From an uncultured Candidatus Saccharibacteria bacterium (GTDB taxonomy: Bacteria; Patescibacteriota; Dojkabacteria; J137), in assembly GCA_964437465.1 (NCBI GenBank), contig CAYTGI010000001.1, positions 5,614 through 69,613 on the forward strand: DNA of 64,000 nt, written 5' to 3'. Below the pieces are notes generated by a model. The model worked only from the letters and a program-made list of their open reading frames with translations. It did no database searches and was not told the DNA's origin. Of this stretch, positions 29,912 to 40,169 are shown in pieces. The translations under genes and the position numbers were made by a program. The stretch's first letter is position 1. The number at the start of each line of letters is the position of its first letter.

Positions 29912-30356
29912 CAAAATTTTCATAAAGCTCTAAACTCATCCACTTATAATCAGCGTGGTTATCCTCTAAGTCTCCTGATTCTCTTAAAGTCTTATTGATT
30001 TGGGGTACAACTGGAGCTGTTAAAGTGGCACAGAAAAAGGTCACATCTCTTTCATACTCTAAATTATCAAACTTGAAACAGTAAGCGTATGAATAATCAA
30101 TTTTAATTAGTTCATCAGACTGATAGATGATTTGAGTTTCTTCATAGAGCTCTCTAGAAGCAGCTTTACTAAGAATTTGATCTGTGAGACTATATGCATT
30201 AGAATCTACCTTACCACCAGGGAATTCAAATGCATTAGGATTTTTTGAGTTTTGTCCTTTCTGTAATAGCAACAATAAGTTATTGTAGACTATAATAGTT
30301 CTAACAGTTTGTACTGAATTCATAGTAATAAATACATGAACGAGTTTATCATACAA
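29832..30356 (-). CDS. NUDIX hydrolase
   Basis: Nudix box GGKVDSNAYSLTDQILSKAASRELYEETQI; true start probably the internal Met (MNSVQ); its 3' end overlaps the xfp 3' end. Confidence 0.65.
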   Translation of the reverse strand: MYDKLVHVFITMNSVQTVRTIIVYNNLLLLLQKGQNSKNPNAFEFPGGKVDSNAYSLTDQILSKAASRELYEETQIIYQSDELIKIDYSYAYCFKFDNLEYERDVTFFCATLTAPVVPQINKTLRESGDLEDNHADYKWMSLELYENFARTGGLNPNSYLPSKILENCIGQAYT

Positions 30357-31808
30357 GAAATAAGAAGTATTGACGAATTAATAGAAATTTTGAAAAAAAA
30401 TTCTATTGATTATGACTATGATCTAATTAATAGATCATATGAGTTTGCCTGCTCTAAACATTCTCAACAGAAAAGACTAACAGGGGATGATTTTGTTATT
30501 CATTTACTTACAGTTGCAGGATATATCGGTAGATTAAAACTAGATACTGTCTCAGTTTGTGCAGCTTTATTACACGATGTACTTGAAAAAGCAGAGTGCG
30601 ATATTGATGAATTAGATAAGGAATTTGGAACTGAAATAGCATTTATTGTTGAAGGTCTAAGTAAAATGAGGGATTACTCTAAGAAATTTGACAAAAATGA
30701 AAAACAGGAAGAGTTTACTAACCTGATTTTTAATTCTTCTGAGGATATTAGAATAATAATTATTAGATTAGCTGAAAAGCTTCATAACATAGTAACGATT
30801 GATCTAGTAGATGACAAAGTCAGGCAAAATGCTGCTAGAAAAGCTCTTTACATTTACGCACCTCTTGCAGAATATTTAGGCTTGGGAGTTATTCAAAGAT
30901 TATTAGAAGATTATTCTTTTAAAGTTATTCATCCAAAAGAATATGATGAGATAGAGAAATCTAAAGAAGCATTTTTTAAATCTAAGCAGAATGTTATTAA
31001 CGAATTTGAGGAAGAGATAAGAGAGTTATTAAGCGAATACAATATAAATAAGTATGAAATTTATTCAAGAGAAAAAGGCACATTTAGTGCATATAAAAAG
31101 CTAAAGAATAAATATAAATATATAGAGAAAGGAGAGAGTGTTTCAGATGCAATAAAAAATCATCTCAAAGATATTTATGCAGCTAGGATTATTGTTAACG
31201 ATATTGAAAGCTGCTATATAGTTTTAGGATTGATACAAGCCAACTTTGATACCTTACAAGAAGAGTTTACTGATTACATTGCTCATCCTAAAGATAATGG
31301 ATATAAATCAATTCATGTTTTATTTAAATTTCAAGATATTGTATTAGAGGTTCAGATACGAACTTATGAAATGCACGAACATGCAGAATTTGGCCCAGCT
31401 TCTCACATTGCTTATAAACTACAAAATAAAAATTCAAGTTCGATGACTTGGACGAAAGATCTTGTTGGCTGGAAAGAGAAGACATCACTAAAAAAAGAAG
31501 ACTTTAAGTTAAAAGCATTTCAAAACAGTATTTTTTGTTTTACACCGAAAGGTATGGTTATCTCACTGCCGAAAGATGCATCTCCTATAGACTTTGCTTA
31601 TAGAGTTCATACTGACGTTGGTGACAGGTATAATGGAGCCCTAGTAAACAATAAAATGGTAAGCATGGATCACAAGCTTCAAACTGGAGATATTGTAGAG
31701 ATTAAGACAAAAAAAGATATCAATGTAAGAAGAGATTGGTTAAACCATGCAAAAAGCACTTCAACTAGGGCTAGAATTAGAAGAAGGATAAGAACAAACA
31801 AAAAGTAG
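30336..31808 (+). CDS. Short RelA/SpoT-family (p)ppGpp synthetase/hydrolase (HD, synthetase and TGS domains; no ACT domain)
   Basis: HD motif (HLLTVAGYI...LHDVLE), synthetase motif (YKSIHVLF...EVQIRT) and a TGS-like C-terminus. Confidence 0.8.
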   Translation: MNEFIIQEIRSIDELIEILKKNSIDYDYDLINRSYEFACSKHSQQKRLTGDDFVIHLLTVAGYIGRLKLDTVSVCAALLHDVLEKAECDIDELDKEFGTEIAFIVEGLSKMRDYSKKFDKNEKQEEFTNLIFNSSEDIRIIIIRLAEKLHNIVTIDLVDDKVRQNAARKALYIYAPLAEYLGLGVIQRLLEDYSFKVIHPKEYDEIEKSKEAFFKSKQNVINEFEEEIRELLSEYNINKYEIYSREKGTFSAYKKLKNKYKYIEKGESVSDAIKNHLKDIYAARIIVNDIESCYIVLGLIQANFDTLQEEFTDYIAHPKDNGYKSIHVLFKFQDIVLEVQIRTYEMHEHAEFGPASHIAYKLQNKNSSSMTWTKDLVGWKEKTSLKKEDFKLKAFQNSIFCFTPKGMVISLPKDASPIDFAYRVHTDVGDRYNGALVNNKMVSMDHKLQTGDIVEIKTKKDINVRRDWLNHAKSTSTRARIRRRIRTNKK

Positions 31809-31844
31809 GAGCTTAATGCCCCTACCTTCTAAAAACCTTAATCT

Positions 31845-33008
31845 TTATTTTTTCTTATCTGGATTTTTAGTCTTTTTTTCAGATTTCTCCTTAGGCTTAT
31901 TATAAAGAGCATTGTATTTATTCATAACTATTGCGCCTAATCCCCAGAGTGAGATTCCAAAGGTAATTATTCCAATTAAACCTCCTAGTACTGGTAAGAA
32001 TGCTAATAAACCTAATAAAAGATCAACTATAACAACACCAACAATTAATGTTAATAGTCTTCCTGGATTATCTCTACCTAATCTTTTTAATGCCATTCGA
32101 CCAATCATATACTTTCCGTATATTGATCCAAACATGAAAGCTATAACTCCAAGAAGCATTAATACGAATAATAATCTAATTCCAACTACAGAAATTAGAA
32201 GTAATATAGCTGCAATAAATCCTACTACAAATGTCAAACAACCAACTCCAACTGAGTTCCATGGTGATTTTTGCATTGTTTCAAGAGTCTTTTCACTAAA
32301 TGTTGGGAATACTCTTAGTATGAAGTATCCAGAAATTACAGTTCCGATCAACATCAATATAGCCCATACAACAGCAAATAATGTAAACCCTACAACTAAG
32401 CCTGTTATTGCTGAGTTAAATGTATTTGAAGAGAAAGGCAAGTCCATACTACTTGCTTCCTCTAAAGTAGTAGGGTTATTAGTAGCTCTTTCCTCAATAT
32501 TCCATCCATCTGCATCAATTTCACCTCTAACATCTGAGTTTTGACTAATAGAGATCTGACCTCCTGCAGCTAGAATATCTCCAGCAACCACTTCAGAGTT
32601 AATAAAAATTGCACCACCAAATGCTCTAACATCTCCTAAAACATCACCATTCAGAACAAGGGTTCCACCAGCGAATAGAATATCACCATTTACTTCACCG
32701 TTAATCTCAACAGCACCTCCAGCAACAATGATGTTATCAAGAACATCACCGTTAAGAACAAGCTCACCACCTGCATAAATTAGGTCGTTAGCTATATCTT
32801 CTTCAATTACATCATCTTCTCCAGTAACATATAAAGATCCAGATGTAGTTGATTTTGCCTCTTCGTAATCAGAGAGATCTATCGAATTAGTTTCCTCGGT
32901 TTCTTCAGGAGTAACTTGTGATCCTTCTTGGGCACTTATAGTTAGTGGTAAAAGAAAAGAGAAACTAAAAAATAAAAATAGAAAAGAAAGAAATTTCTTA
33001 CGAATCAT
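31845..33008 (-). CDS. Signal-peptide membrane protein with bactofilin-like (DUF583) beta-helical repeats
   Basis: Repeats of GDVL.AGG.I.I.G.V.GDI followed by 4-5 C-terminal TM helices. Confidence 0.45.
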   Translation of the reverse strand: MIRKKFLSFLFLFFSFSFLLPLTISAQEGSQVTPEETEETNSIDLSDYEEAKSTTSGSLYVTGEDDVIEEDIANDLIYAGGELVLNGDVLDNIIVAGGAVEINGEVNGDILFAGGTLVLNGDVLGDVRAFGGAIFINSEVVAGDILAAGGQISISQNSDVRGEIDADGWNIEERATNNPTTLEEASSMDLPFSSNTFNSAITGLVVGFTLFAVVWAILMLIGTVISGYFILRVFPTFSEKTLETMQKSPWNSVGVGCLTFVVGFIAAILLLISVVGIRLLFVLMLLGVIAFMFGSIYGKYMIGRMALKRLGRDNPGRLLTLIVGVVIVDLLLGLLAFLPVLGGLIGIITFGISLWGLGAIVMNKYNALYNKPKEKSEKKTKNPDKKK

Positions 33009-33077
33009 GTAAGTATAAATAATATCTAATTAAAGAAATGATAAACCCATAGGGAAAATCTTTCAAGAAAGTATTTA

Positions 33078-36000
33078 TTAAAGGAATTTAGAAATAATTG
33101 TTACAGAATGCTCATCATCAATATTTAAGATTCTTTCAATTGTTTTGCTATTACTGTTAGAGCCATATTTAATTCTCACTTTTATCGCAGATTTTGAATT
33201 ATTGTTTTCGTCAAAACAGCGTTTTAACTCTTTAAGCTTTTCTTCTTCTCTTATCTTTGTTATGTCAACCTCTAATGTTTTTGGTGGAACTAATAAGTTA
33301 GCTGGTTCAATTTTATCTACAATAATTGATTTCTCATCGTCCCTTTGGTTTACTGTACCTTCAATTATAAAAGGCCTAGCTTCAGCTACTAGTTCTAAAT
33401 CATTCAACTCTTTAAATGTTTTTGGAAACATTACCGCTTGGCAAGTACTCTCTAAATCTTCAATTTTTAGAATTGCCATCTGTTCGTTTTTAGCTTTAGT
33501 TCTTACGATTTTAATATTGCTAAACATACCTAGAATTTTTACTTTCTCACCAGACTTCTTATCATTAATTTCTGAAGTTTTAGTTAACGCATCTAGCAAA
33601 GAAGCCCATGTGAAATTTTGAAGAGGGTGAGTTGAAACAAACACTCCCATTAGATCTTTCTCCCACCCAACCTTTTCCTTATCAGTAGCTGGAATAAAAG
33701 AGGGAAATATTGTTTTCTCGATATTATTAGAACCATCATGTTCTGTACCAACATTAAATAACCCAGCCTGTCCTATTTCTTCAGCTTTTTCATTTTTGCT
33801 GACCTTTTCAAAAACCTCTTGAATGATTAGTAACAATCCATTTCTATCTCCAAACTCGTCTAGAGCACCAGCTTTAATTAAACATTCTACAGTACGTTTG
33901 TTTAGGTTTTTTGTTCCAACTCGATTAACGAAATCGTCAAAATGTTTAAAACTTCCGTTTTTATTTCTTTCATTAATTATTTTTTCACATACTTTTCTAC
34001 CTACGTTTTTAATAGCTCCAAGTCCAAATCGAATTCCATCGTCACCTTCAGGATTAAAGTAAACATCAGACTCATTAATGCTTGGTGGAAGGACTTTATA
34101 GCCAAGTCTTTTTGCCTCACCAATATCAACAACTATACGGTCAGTATTTTCAAGATCGGCATGCATTAAAGCAGTCATGAACTCAAGGGGATAATTACCT
34201 TTAAGATACGCACACCAATAAGCAACAGCAGCATAACTAGAAGCGTGTGCTTTGTTAAATCCATAAGAAGCAAAAGGTTCGAGTTGCTTCCAAATCTCAC
34301 TAGCTATCTCTTCTCCATACTGAGGGTAGTTTTCGACAAAATATTTTTTAAAATCTCCCTCTTTTTGCTTAAGAATATCTAGCTGTTTTTTCTTTAAAGC
34401 ATTTCGAATGACATCTCCTTCTCCAAGAGTAAATCCACCTAGTTTCATACAGATTTGAAGAAGTTGTTCCTGATAAACTGGATAACCTAAAGTGGCCTTT
34501 AGAATTGGTTCAAGTTCAGGAATTAGGTAATCAGCCTCTTTATTACCGTTCTTAATCTTAATGTAGTCAGGGATGTAAGCCATCGGTCCAGGCCTATAAG
34601 CAGCAGCCATAAAACATATATCCCCCATTGTTGTTGGTTGTAATTCCATTAGATACTTTTGCATAGGTGGAGACTCAAATTGAAATACACCTATAGTTTC
34701 TCCGTTTCTAAAAACATCCATTGCTTTTTGATCATAGACCTCGGGTGGTTCATCTGGGTTAACGTTAATTGTCGATAGATCTATTTTTTTACCATGTCTT
34801 TTCTCAACATATAAAATGCAGTCTTTTAAAATCGTAAGCGTTCTTAGACCAAGAAAATCAAATTTCATATAATCTAATTTATCTACCCACGTTCCGTCCA
34901 TCTGAGTAACAAGAAGATTTGGATCTTTTGTATCTTTTTGATAGGCCATAAAGTCATCAATTGGTCCTGGAGTAATTAAATATCCAGCAGCGTGAACTCC
35001 TGTATGTCTATTCAAGCCTTCAATTTTTTTAACAGTTTCTCCTAGTTTTTGAAGCCTAGGATCAGCATCAACCATTGCTTTAAATTCTGGATCAGTCTCC
35101 ATCATCTTCTCAAAAGTGAATGGTTTTCCAAAAAGGACTGTAACTTTTTTTGATAGTTTATCTGCAAGAGCTAAATCAATTCCCATAACCCTAGCTACAT
35201 CTCTAATCGCAGCTTTAGTTGCTAGTTTTCCAAAAGTTATTATTCCAGCAACAGCATCCTCACCATATTTTTCCCTTGCATAATCAATTAATTCTTCTCG
35301 CCTATCGTCCTGAATATCCATATCAATATCTGGTGGAGAAGCACGTTCTAAATTCAGGAATCTTTCAAAAACAAGCCCCCATTTTATTGGATCAACATTT
35401 GTAATCTCTAGGCAATATGAAGCTAAACTTCCTGCAGCACTACCTCTAACACCAACAACAATCTCTTGTTTTCTTGCATACTGCATTAGATCTCCAACTA
35501 CAAGAAAGTAATCGTTATATCCCATCTTATCTATAACCATAAGCTCGTATTCTAGTTGTTTTGTTATATCTTCAGGTAGTTCTTTCTTAATCTTTTTTAT
35601 TGATGGAATTTCACCATTTCCACAATATTTCTTGAATGCACCTTCATAAGTCTGCTTCTCAAGCTCTTCTTTAGCAGTTGAATCTTTAGGTAGATTCCAG
35701 TAATGAGGTTGAACTCGATCTGGCTTAAGACTTATCTTTTCAATTTTTTCACTAACCTTAAGTGTTTCTTCTAAAACTTCAGGAATATCAGCAAAATCCT
35801 CTTTTAATTCTTCTGGGGTTTTGATGTAAGTTTCAACATAACCATTCATTCCGCTTGGATCATCTATCATCTTTCCATCTCGAATACAGAATAAAACTTT
35901 CTGAGTCTCTTTATCATCAGCATTTAGAAAGTGTGCGTCAGTAGTAGCAATAATAGGGATATTATATTTCTTTGAATAGTCGTAAAGCTTTTTATTAACT

Positions 36001-36629
36001 TTGACCTGTTGTTTTAATGTTTCTAATTGTTCATCTTGTTCGCCAACTGGTAATGAATTTATAAGATTCGTGTCGAGTTCATCCTCGCATCTAATTCCAT
36101 TTCTCTGAATTTCAAGATAAAAGTCGTCTTTAAATAAACCATGTAGTTCTTTTAACCACCATTCAGCTTTTTCGTATTCACCTCTAGTAATGTGCCTAGA
36201 AAGCGGTCCTGCTAGACAAGCAGAAGTACAGATTAATCCTTCCGAATGTTTTTTAAGTAAACTTAAATCAATTCTAGGTTTATAGTACATCCCCTCAAGA
36301 TGCGAACGAGTTACTAACTTCACTAGATTTCTATATCCAACGCTGTTCTTAGCAATTAGAAGTAAATGGTAATATCTAATGCCATCAACATCAGATCTTA
36401 ATGTCATATCCTTAGGGGCTAAGTACATTTCACAACCGATAATTGGCTTAACATCAAAATCTTTCGACATCTTCCAAAATTCGGGAACTCCGTATAAAAC
36501 ACCATGATCAGTTATTGCAACAGCATCCATTCCATTCTCCTTAACTTTTTCAAAAAGTTTATCAGTACGATTAAGCCCATCTAGAAGGGAATACTGTGTA
36601 TGTACATGAAGGTGAACAAAATCAGCCAT
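33078..36629 (-). CDS. dnaE: DNA polymerase III alpha subunit
   Basis: 1183 aa; PHP domain HLHVHTQYSLLDG; polymerase core and an OB-fold-containing C-terminus. Confidence 0.95.
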   Translation of the reverse strand: MADFVHLHVHTQYSLLDGLNRTDKLFEKVKENGMDAVAITDHGVLYGVPEFWKMSKDFDVKPIIGCEMYLAPKDMTLRSDVDGIRYYHLLLIAKNSVGYRNLVKLVTRSHLEGMYYKPRIDLSLLKKHSEGLICTSACLAGPLSRHITRGEYEKAEWWLKELHGLFKDDFYLEIQRNGIRCEDELDTNLINSLPVGEQDEQLETLKQQVKVNKKLYDYSKKYNIPIIATTDAHFLNADDKETQKVLFCIRDGKMIDDPSGMNGYVETYIKTPEELKEDFADIPEVLEETLKVSEKIEKISLKPDRVQPHYWNLPKDSTAKEELEKQTYEGAFKKYCGNGEIPSIKKIKKELPEDITKQLEYELMVIDKMGYNDYFLVVGDLMQYARKQEIVVGVRGSAAGSLASYCLEITNVDPIKWGLVFERFLNLERASPPDIDMDIQDDRREELIDYAREKYGEDAVAGIITFGKLATKAAIRDVARVMGIDLALADKLSKKVTVLFGKPFTFEKMMETDPEFKAMVDADPRLQKLGETVKKIEGLNRHTGVHAAGYLITPGPIDDFMAYQKDTKDPNLLVTQMDGTWVDKLDYMKFDFLGLRTLTILKDCILYVEKRHGKKIDLSTINVNPDEPPEVYDQKAMDVFRNGETIGVFQFESPPMQKYLMELQPTTMGDICFMAAAYRPGPMAYIPDYIKIKNGNKEADYLIPELEPILKATLGYPVYQEQLLQICMKLGGFTLGEGDVIRNALKKKQLDILKQKEGDFKKYFVENYPQYGEEIASEIWKQLEPFASYGFNKAHASSYAAVAYWCAYLKGNYPLEFMTALMHADLENTDRIVVDIGEAKRLGYKVLPPSINESDVYFNPEGDDGIRFGLGAIKNVGRKVCEKIINERNKNGSFKHFDDFVNRVGTKNLNKRTVECLIKAGALDEFGDRNGLLLIIQEVFEKVSKNEKAEEIGQAGLFNVGTEHDGSNNIEKTIFPSFIPATDKEKVGWEKDLMGVFVSTHPLQNFTWASLLDALTKTSEINDKKSGEKVKILGMFSNIKIVRTKAKNEQMAILKIEDLESTCQAVMFPKTFKELNDLELVAEARPFIIEGTVNQRDDEKSIIVDKIEPANLLVPPKTLEVDITKIREEEKLKELKRCFDENNNSKSAIKVRIKYGSNSNSKTIERILNIDDEHSVTIISKFL

Positions 36630-36734
36630 TAGTTAGAAAATTTTTCTGTAAGTTTGGTTATTTTTACACAAAGATATTGAATTATCAATTTGGAATTAAT
36701 TAATAATTATTAATTAAAAAATTATTAATTAATA

Positions 36735-37988
36735 TCAGCCCATCACAGCTCTCATTGAAAGCCATAAATCATTTTTTGTACTAAATGCAGAAACATAAGA
36801 AGCTATATCGTAATAAGCATCTTTTCCAGTCTTTACAGGAACTCTTCTCATTTCGCCATTTTTGTTATACATAGTTATATTACTTCCAATCAACATAAAG
36901 TTTACCTTATTTTGTACTGCGAATCGTTTTACTTTGCCTTCAAAATTTACTTCTTTATTTTCTCTTCTTCCTAAAAGTATTCCTAACTCTTTAAGATCTA
37001 AAACAAAAACTATTTTCTCTACAAAATCTAATAGTACTAGATCAACCAAAGATGAAGATGATCCTGTTACTACCCATGTTTTCCCATGGTATTGTTGCAT
37101 AATGTGTTTAACAGTTGCGTATTGAACTAACTCGTTGTTTATATCTCCTAAAAAAATTGTATCTGACTCTTGGACTAATCTTTCAAGCTCATTCGCTCTT
37201 ACTCTTTTTTTTGTAGTTACATTATCTGTTAAATGTTCAAATGTAAAAATTGATAGATTAGTAGAGTAGTCTTTACAAGCTTTAATTACGTTGTCGTTTA
37301 TTTTATCGGTTTGGGCAATATACAAAAGGTTTCCATTCTTATTTAAGTGGGTCTTTTTATTTGGAACCCATAGTGCTTCTCTTTCACCAGGACCACAGTA
37401 CATCTGAATTTCTCTAGGTAGCTTTATATCAATTACTTGTGCGTTTTCTACTTTCGGAAATAAAATAGAAAAAGTAGAATCGGCAGAGTAATGAGGTGTA
37501 GGTTGATCAATTGCAACAATTGGAGCTCCAAAGTGCGCTATTCGCTTAATTATATCTTTAAACCGTTTTAATAATTTTTCTCCTTCAAACCCTGTTCCAA
37601 CTAAGGCTTCAATAATTACATCACCTTTTTTTACATCCTTTGCAAAAACATCTTGATTAACTTCTAAGTTTTCTTCTTCTTTTGCTCTTTCTAGGACATC
37701 TTCAAAGATATTTTTAGTTATATCATTTTCTATATATTGCTTTCTTGTGGCTAGGTAGACATTAACTTTTTTTACCCCCAAACAGCTTAAGTGAAAAGCT
37801 GTCGTTAATCCATCACCTGCATTTCCTGCTTTTCCACAAATTACTGAAAAAGTCTTTTCCTTGCCATATTTCGAAATAATTTTTTCAGCAATTAATCTTC
37901 CAACCTCATCGTAGAAAGCGATTAAATTCACCCCTAATGCTTCAGCATTTTTTAACATAATATCTGCCTCAGAAATGTGCTTTTCCAT
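36735..37988 (-). CDS. YjeF-N (NAD(P)H-hydrate epimerase) domain protein with a divergent C-terminal domain; possibly bifunctional Nnr
   Basis: ICGKAGNAGDG motif in the N-terminal half; the C-terminal half resembles YjeF-C only weakly. Confidence 0.5.
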   Translation of the reverse strand: MEKHISEADIMLKNAEALGVNLIAFYDEVGRLIAEKIISKYGKEKTFSVICGKAGNAGDGLTTAFHLSCLGVKKVNVYLATRKQYIENDITKNIFEDVLERAKEEENLEVNQDVFAKDVKKGDVIIEALVGTGFEGEKLLKRFKDIIKRIAHFGAPIVAIDQPTPHYSADSTFSILFPKVENAQVIDIKLPREIQMYCGPGEREALWVPNKKTHLNKNGNLLYIAQTDKINDNVIKACKDYSTNLSIFTFEHLTDNVTTKKRVRANELERLVQESDTIFLGDINNELVQYATVKHIMQQYHGKTWVVTGSSSSLVDLVLLDFVEKIVFVLDLKELGILLGRRENKEVNFEGKVKRFAVQNKVNFMLIGSNITMYNKNGEMRRVPVKTGKDAYYDIASYVSAFSTKNDLWLSMRAVMG

Positions 37989-38062
37989 AAACTAGTTTAC
38001 AAAAAACTTAACATAATGAATAGTAAGCTTTAAATATCATTTAATTATGATAGGATATAGAT

Positions 38063-39124
38063 ATGTTTGAGGAGATTTTTAATAATAATACACCACAAGA
38101 TTATATAATTTCTTTAATGATCATGGCTACTGGTGTAATTATTGGAACGTTTATTCAGTTTATCGTTGTAAGGAAATTTAGCCAGTTAACAAAAAAATCT
38201 CGAAATAGCTCTGATGATAGAATAATTAAGGCAATTGGGAATAGTCCGCTATTTTTTTCAATTTTGATTTCTCTTTTTCTAACATCGATATCACTTGGTC
38301 TAAGTGCTTCTTATAGATCTGGATTAAATAGTTTTTTGATTGCTACAGGGATATTAATCGGTACAAGTGTATTAGCTAGAATTTCTACTGTAGGTGTAGA
38401 AACATACCTACAAAATCAGAGTGGAGGTGGTGAATCTTCCTCGTTATTTAAAAATGTTGGTAGAATTATTACTTATGTTATTGGTCTATTAGTCATATCC
38501 CAAACTCTAGGGATTGATATAACAGCAGCTCTTACAGCACTAGGAGTTGGGGGAATTGCAGTAGCCCTTGCACTACAAGATACACTTTCAAACCTTTTTG
38601 CAGGTTTTTATATTATTGCTGCAAGAAAAATAGTACCAGGAGATTATATTGAACTTAGTTCTGGGGAGAGGGGATATGTTGAAGATATATCTTGGAGAAA
38701 CACTACTGTTAGAACTTTACAAAACTACATTATTATTATTCCAAACGCTATACTTTCAACTGTAATCTTAACTAATTATGATTTACCGATTACAGATGTA
38801 GCTATTTTAATGAATGTCGGTATTAGTTACGATTCTGATTTAGATTTTGCGGAGAAAATTACAATAGAAGTTGCTAGAGAAGTAATGAGGGAAGTTGAAG
38901 GAGGAATTAAAGACTACGAACCATTTATTAGATATAATGAGTATGGTGACTCAAGTATAAATTTTACAGTTATTATGAGAGGTAAGACTTATGTTGATAA
39001 ATATCTTATCAATCATGAATTTATTAAAAGACTTCATAAAAGATACAGACAAGAAGGAATTGAATTCCCTTTCCCTCAATTAGATGTAACATTGAAAAAT
39101 CCTGTTAAAATAGAGAAATCTTAA
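38063..39124 (+). CDS. Mechanosensitive ion channel, MscS family
   Basis: LALQDTLSNLFAGFYIIAARKIVPGDYIEL with three preceding TM helices. Confidence 0.85.
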   Translation: MFEEIFNNNTPQDYIISLMIMATGVIIGTFIQFIVVRKFSQLTKKSRNSSDDRIIKAIGNSPLFFSILISLFLTSISLGLSASYRSGLNSFLIATGILIGTSVLARISTVGVETYLQNQSGGGESSSLFKNVGRIITYVIGLLVISQTLGIDITAALTALGVGGIAVALALQDTLSNLFAGFYIIAARKIVPGDYIELSSGERGYVEDISWRNTTVRTLQNYIIIIPNAILSTVILTNYDLPITDVAILMNVGISYDSDLDFAEKITIEVAREVMREVEGGIKDYEPFIRYNEYGDSSINFTVIMRGKTYVDKYLINHEFIKRLHKRYRQEGIEFPFPQLDVTLKNPVKIEKS

Positions 39125-39771
39125 AGTCTATAACTATCTTTATTTTCAAGTGCTAATTTCATCTCAGAAATAAATCTATCTTTTGCATCCTCAATCGATA
39201 TCCCAGATATATTTCCTCCACCTGCACCAAAATGGCCTCCTGCTTTAAAACCAATAGATTCAAGTACTCGTTGAATTGAAACATTATCTCCAAAATTCCT
39301 AGTACGCCATCCAACCATTACATCTCCTTCAATATTGGTTTCAAACATTATCCCATAGTTATATCCAACAACTATTCTCATAAAAACTTCTACATAGTAT
39401 TTATGTATGCTTTTTAATCTCCAGTTTTTGCCAAATCTTTCTATTAAAATATCATCTTTTTCTTTATCAATGATCAATATAGTTGTTTCTATTTCAGGTT
39501 GAAACTCTGAGTTTTCTATTCCAAAAGCTAAAAATTCCATACTATCCTTATCGACGCTTAAGTTCACAACTTCGTCGTGCCTTGCTCCGTATTTAATCAT
39601 CTCCTCTGCAAAAGTATATATACCTGGATACATTTCATTTTTGAAATATCTAGAATCATCAATAAGTGCATAATACATCCATGTAGCTACATCTTCAGTT
39701 GGTTGTACATTTGAATCTTTAATTAGATGGTCAAAGATAATTTTAGTAGTACATATATCATCTTTTCGCAA
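39121..39771 (-). CDS. DHH-family phosphoesterase (NrnA-like), C-terminal DHHA1 portion
   Basis: GGHFGAGGG DHHA1 motif; first codon is a TTG adjacent to an A-run; forms one gene with 39723..40169. Confidence 0.6.
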   Translation of the reverse strand: MRKDDICTTKIIFDHLIKDSNVQPTEDVATWMYYALIDDSRYFKNEMYPGIYTFAEEMIKYGARHDEVVNLSVDKDSMEFLAFGIENSEFQPEIETTILIIDKEKDDILIERFGKNWRLKSIHKYYVEVFMRIVVGYNYGIMFETNIEGDVMVGWRTRNFGDNVSIQRVLESIGFKAGGHFGAGGGNISGISIEDAKDRFISEMKLALENKDSYRL

Positions 39772-40169
39772 AGCAATTGAAACATCATCATGAAAGCTAT
39801 TGTATGATGGTCAATAGATATAAATTTATCTAGACCTACTTTTTCCAAAACCTCATTATATTTATTTGTTAGAAGAAGAGGCCATGAGGAAGAATCTACT
39901 AAAATAATAAGGTCATATTCTTCCCAATTAACTTTTCCAACTTGAGACTGATCAATTTGATTAAGGTTAGGGAATGATTTTAATTTTTCAGGTATAGAGG
40001 AGAATATTACCAAGCTAGAAGATTTAGAAAACTCATTCTCAATCCACCATTTTATTGTTAACCCACTTCCTAAAGAATCCGGATCGACAGGTCTTGAACA
40101 TATAATCAGAATATTTTTAGAATCTTGAATCCTTTTATATATTTGTTTAGAGATATCTTTTAGATCCAT
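39723..40169 (-). CDS. DHH-family phosphoesterase (NrnA-like), N-terminal DHH portion
   Basis: DPDSLGSG, ILVDSSS and SIDHH motifs; the frame ends 20 codons after DHH while the next frame carries the DHHA1 half. Confidence 0.6.
   Translation of the reverse strand: MDLKDISKQIYKRIQDSKNILIICSRPVDPDSLGSGLTIKWWIENEFSKSSSLVIFSSIPEKLKSFPNLNQIDQSQVGKVNWEEYDLIILVDSSSWPLLLTNKYNEVLEKVGLDKFISIDHHTIAFMMMFQLLCEKMIYVLLKLSLTI

Noticed and set aside
31912-32544. 210-aa plus-strand ORF (P/T/N-rich) inside the bactofilin-repeat gene, and similar antisense ORFs inside dnaE (33145..33621, 33823..34169, 35219..35404) and elsewhere (2836..3057, 8150..8332, 10877..11128, 22657..22851, 25888..26079, 36862..37125, 48805..48987, 49169..49354, 50261..50476, 51352..52057, 54210..54419, 54758..55000, 55016..55279, 56565..56747, 59949..60179, 60198..60422)
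   Set aside because: Fully embedded antisense or alternative-frame ORFs within well-supported genes; low-complexity translations; no independent motif support.
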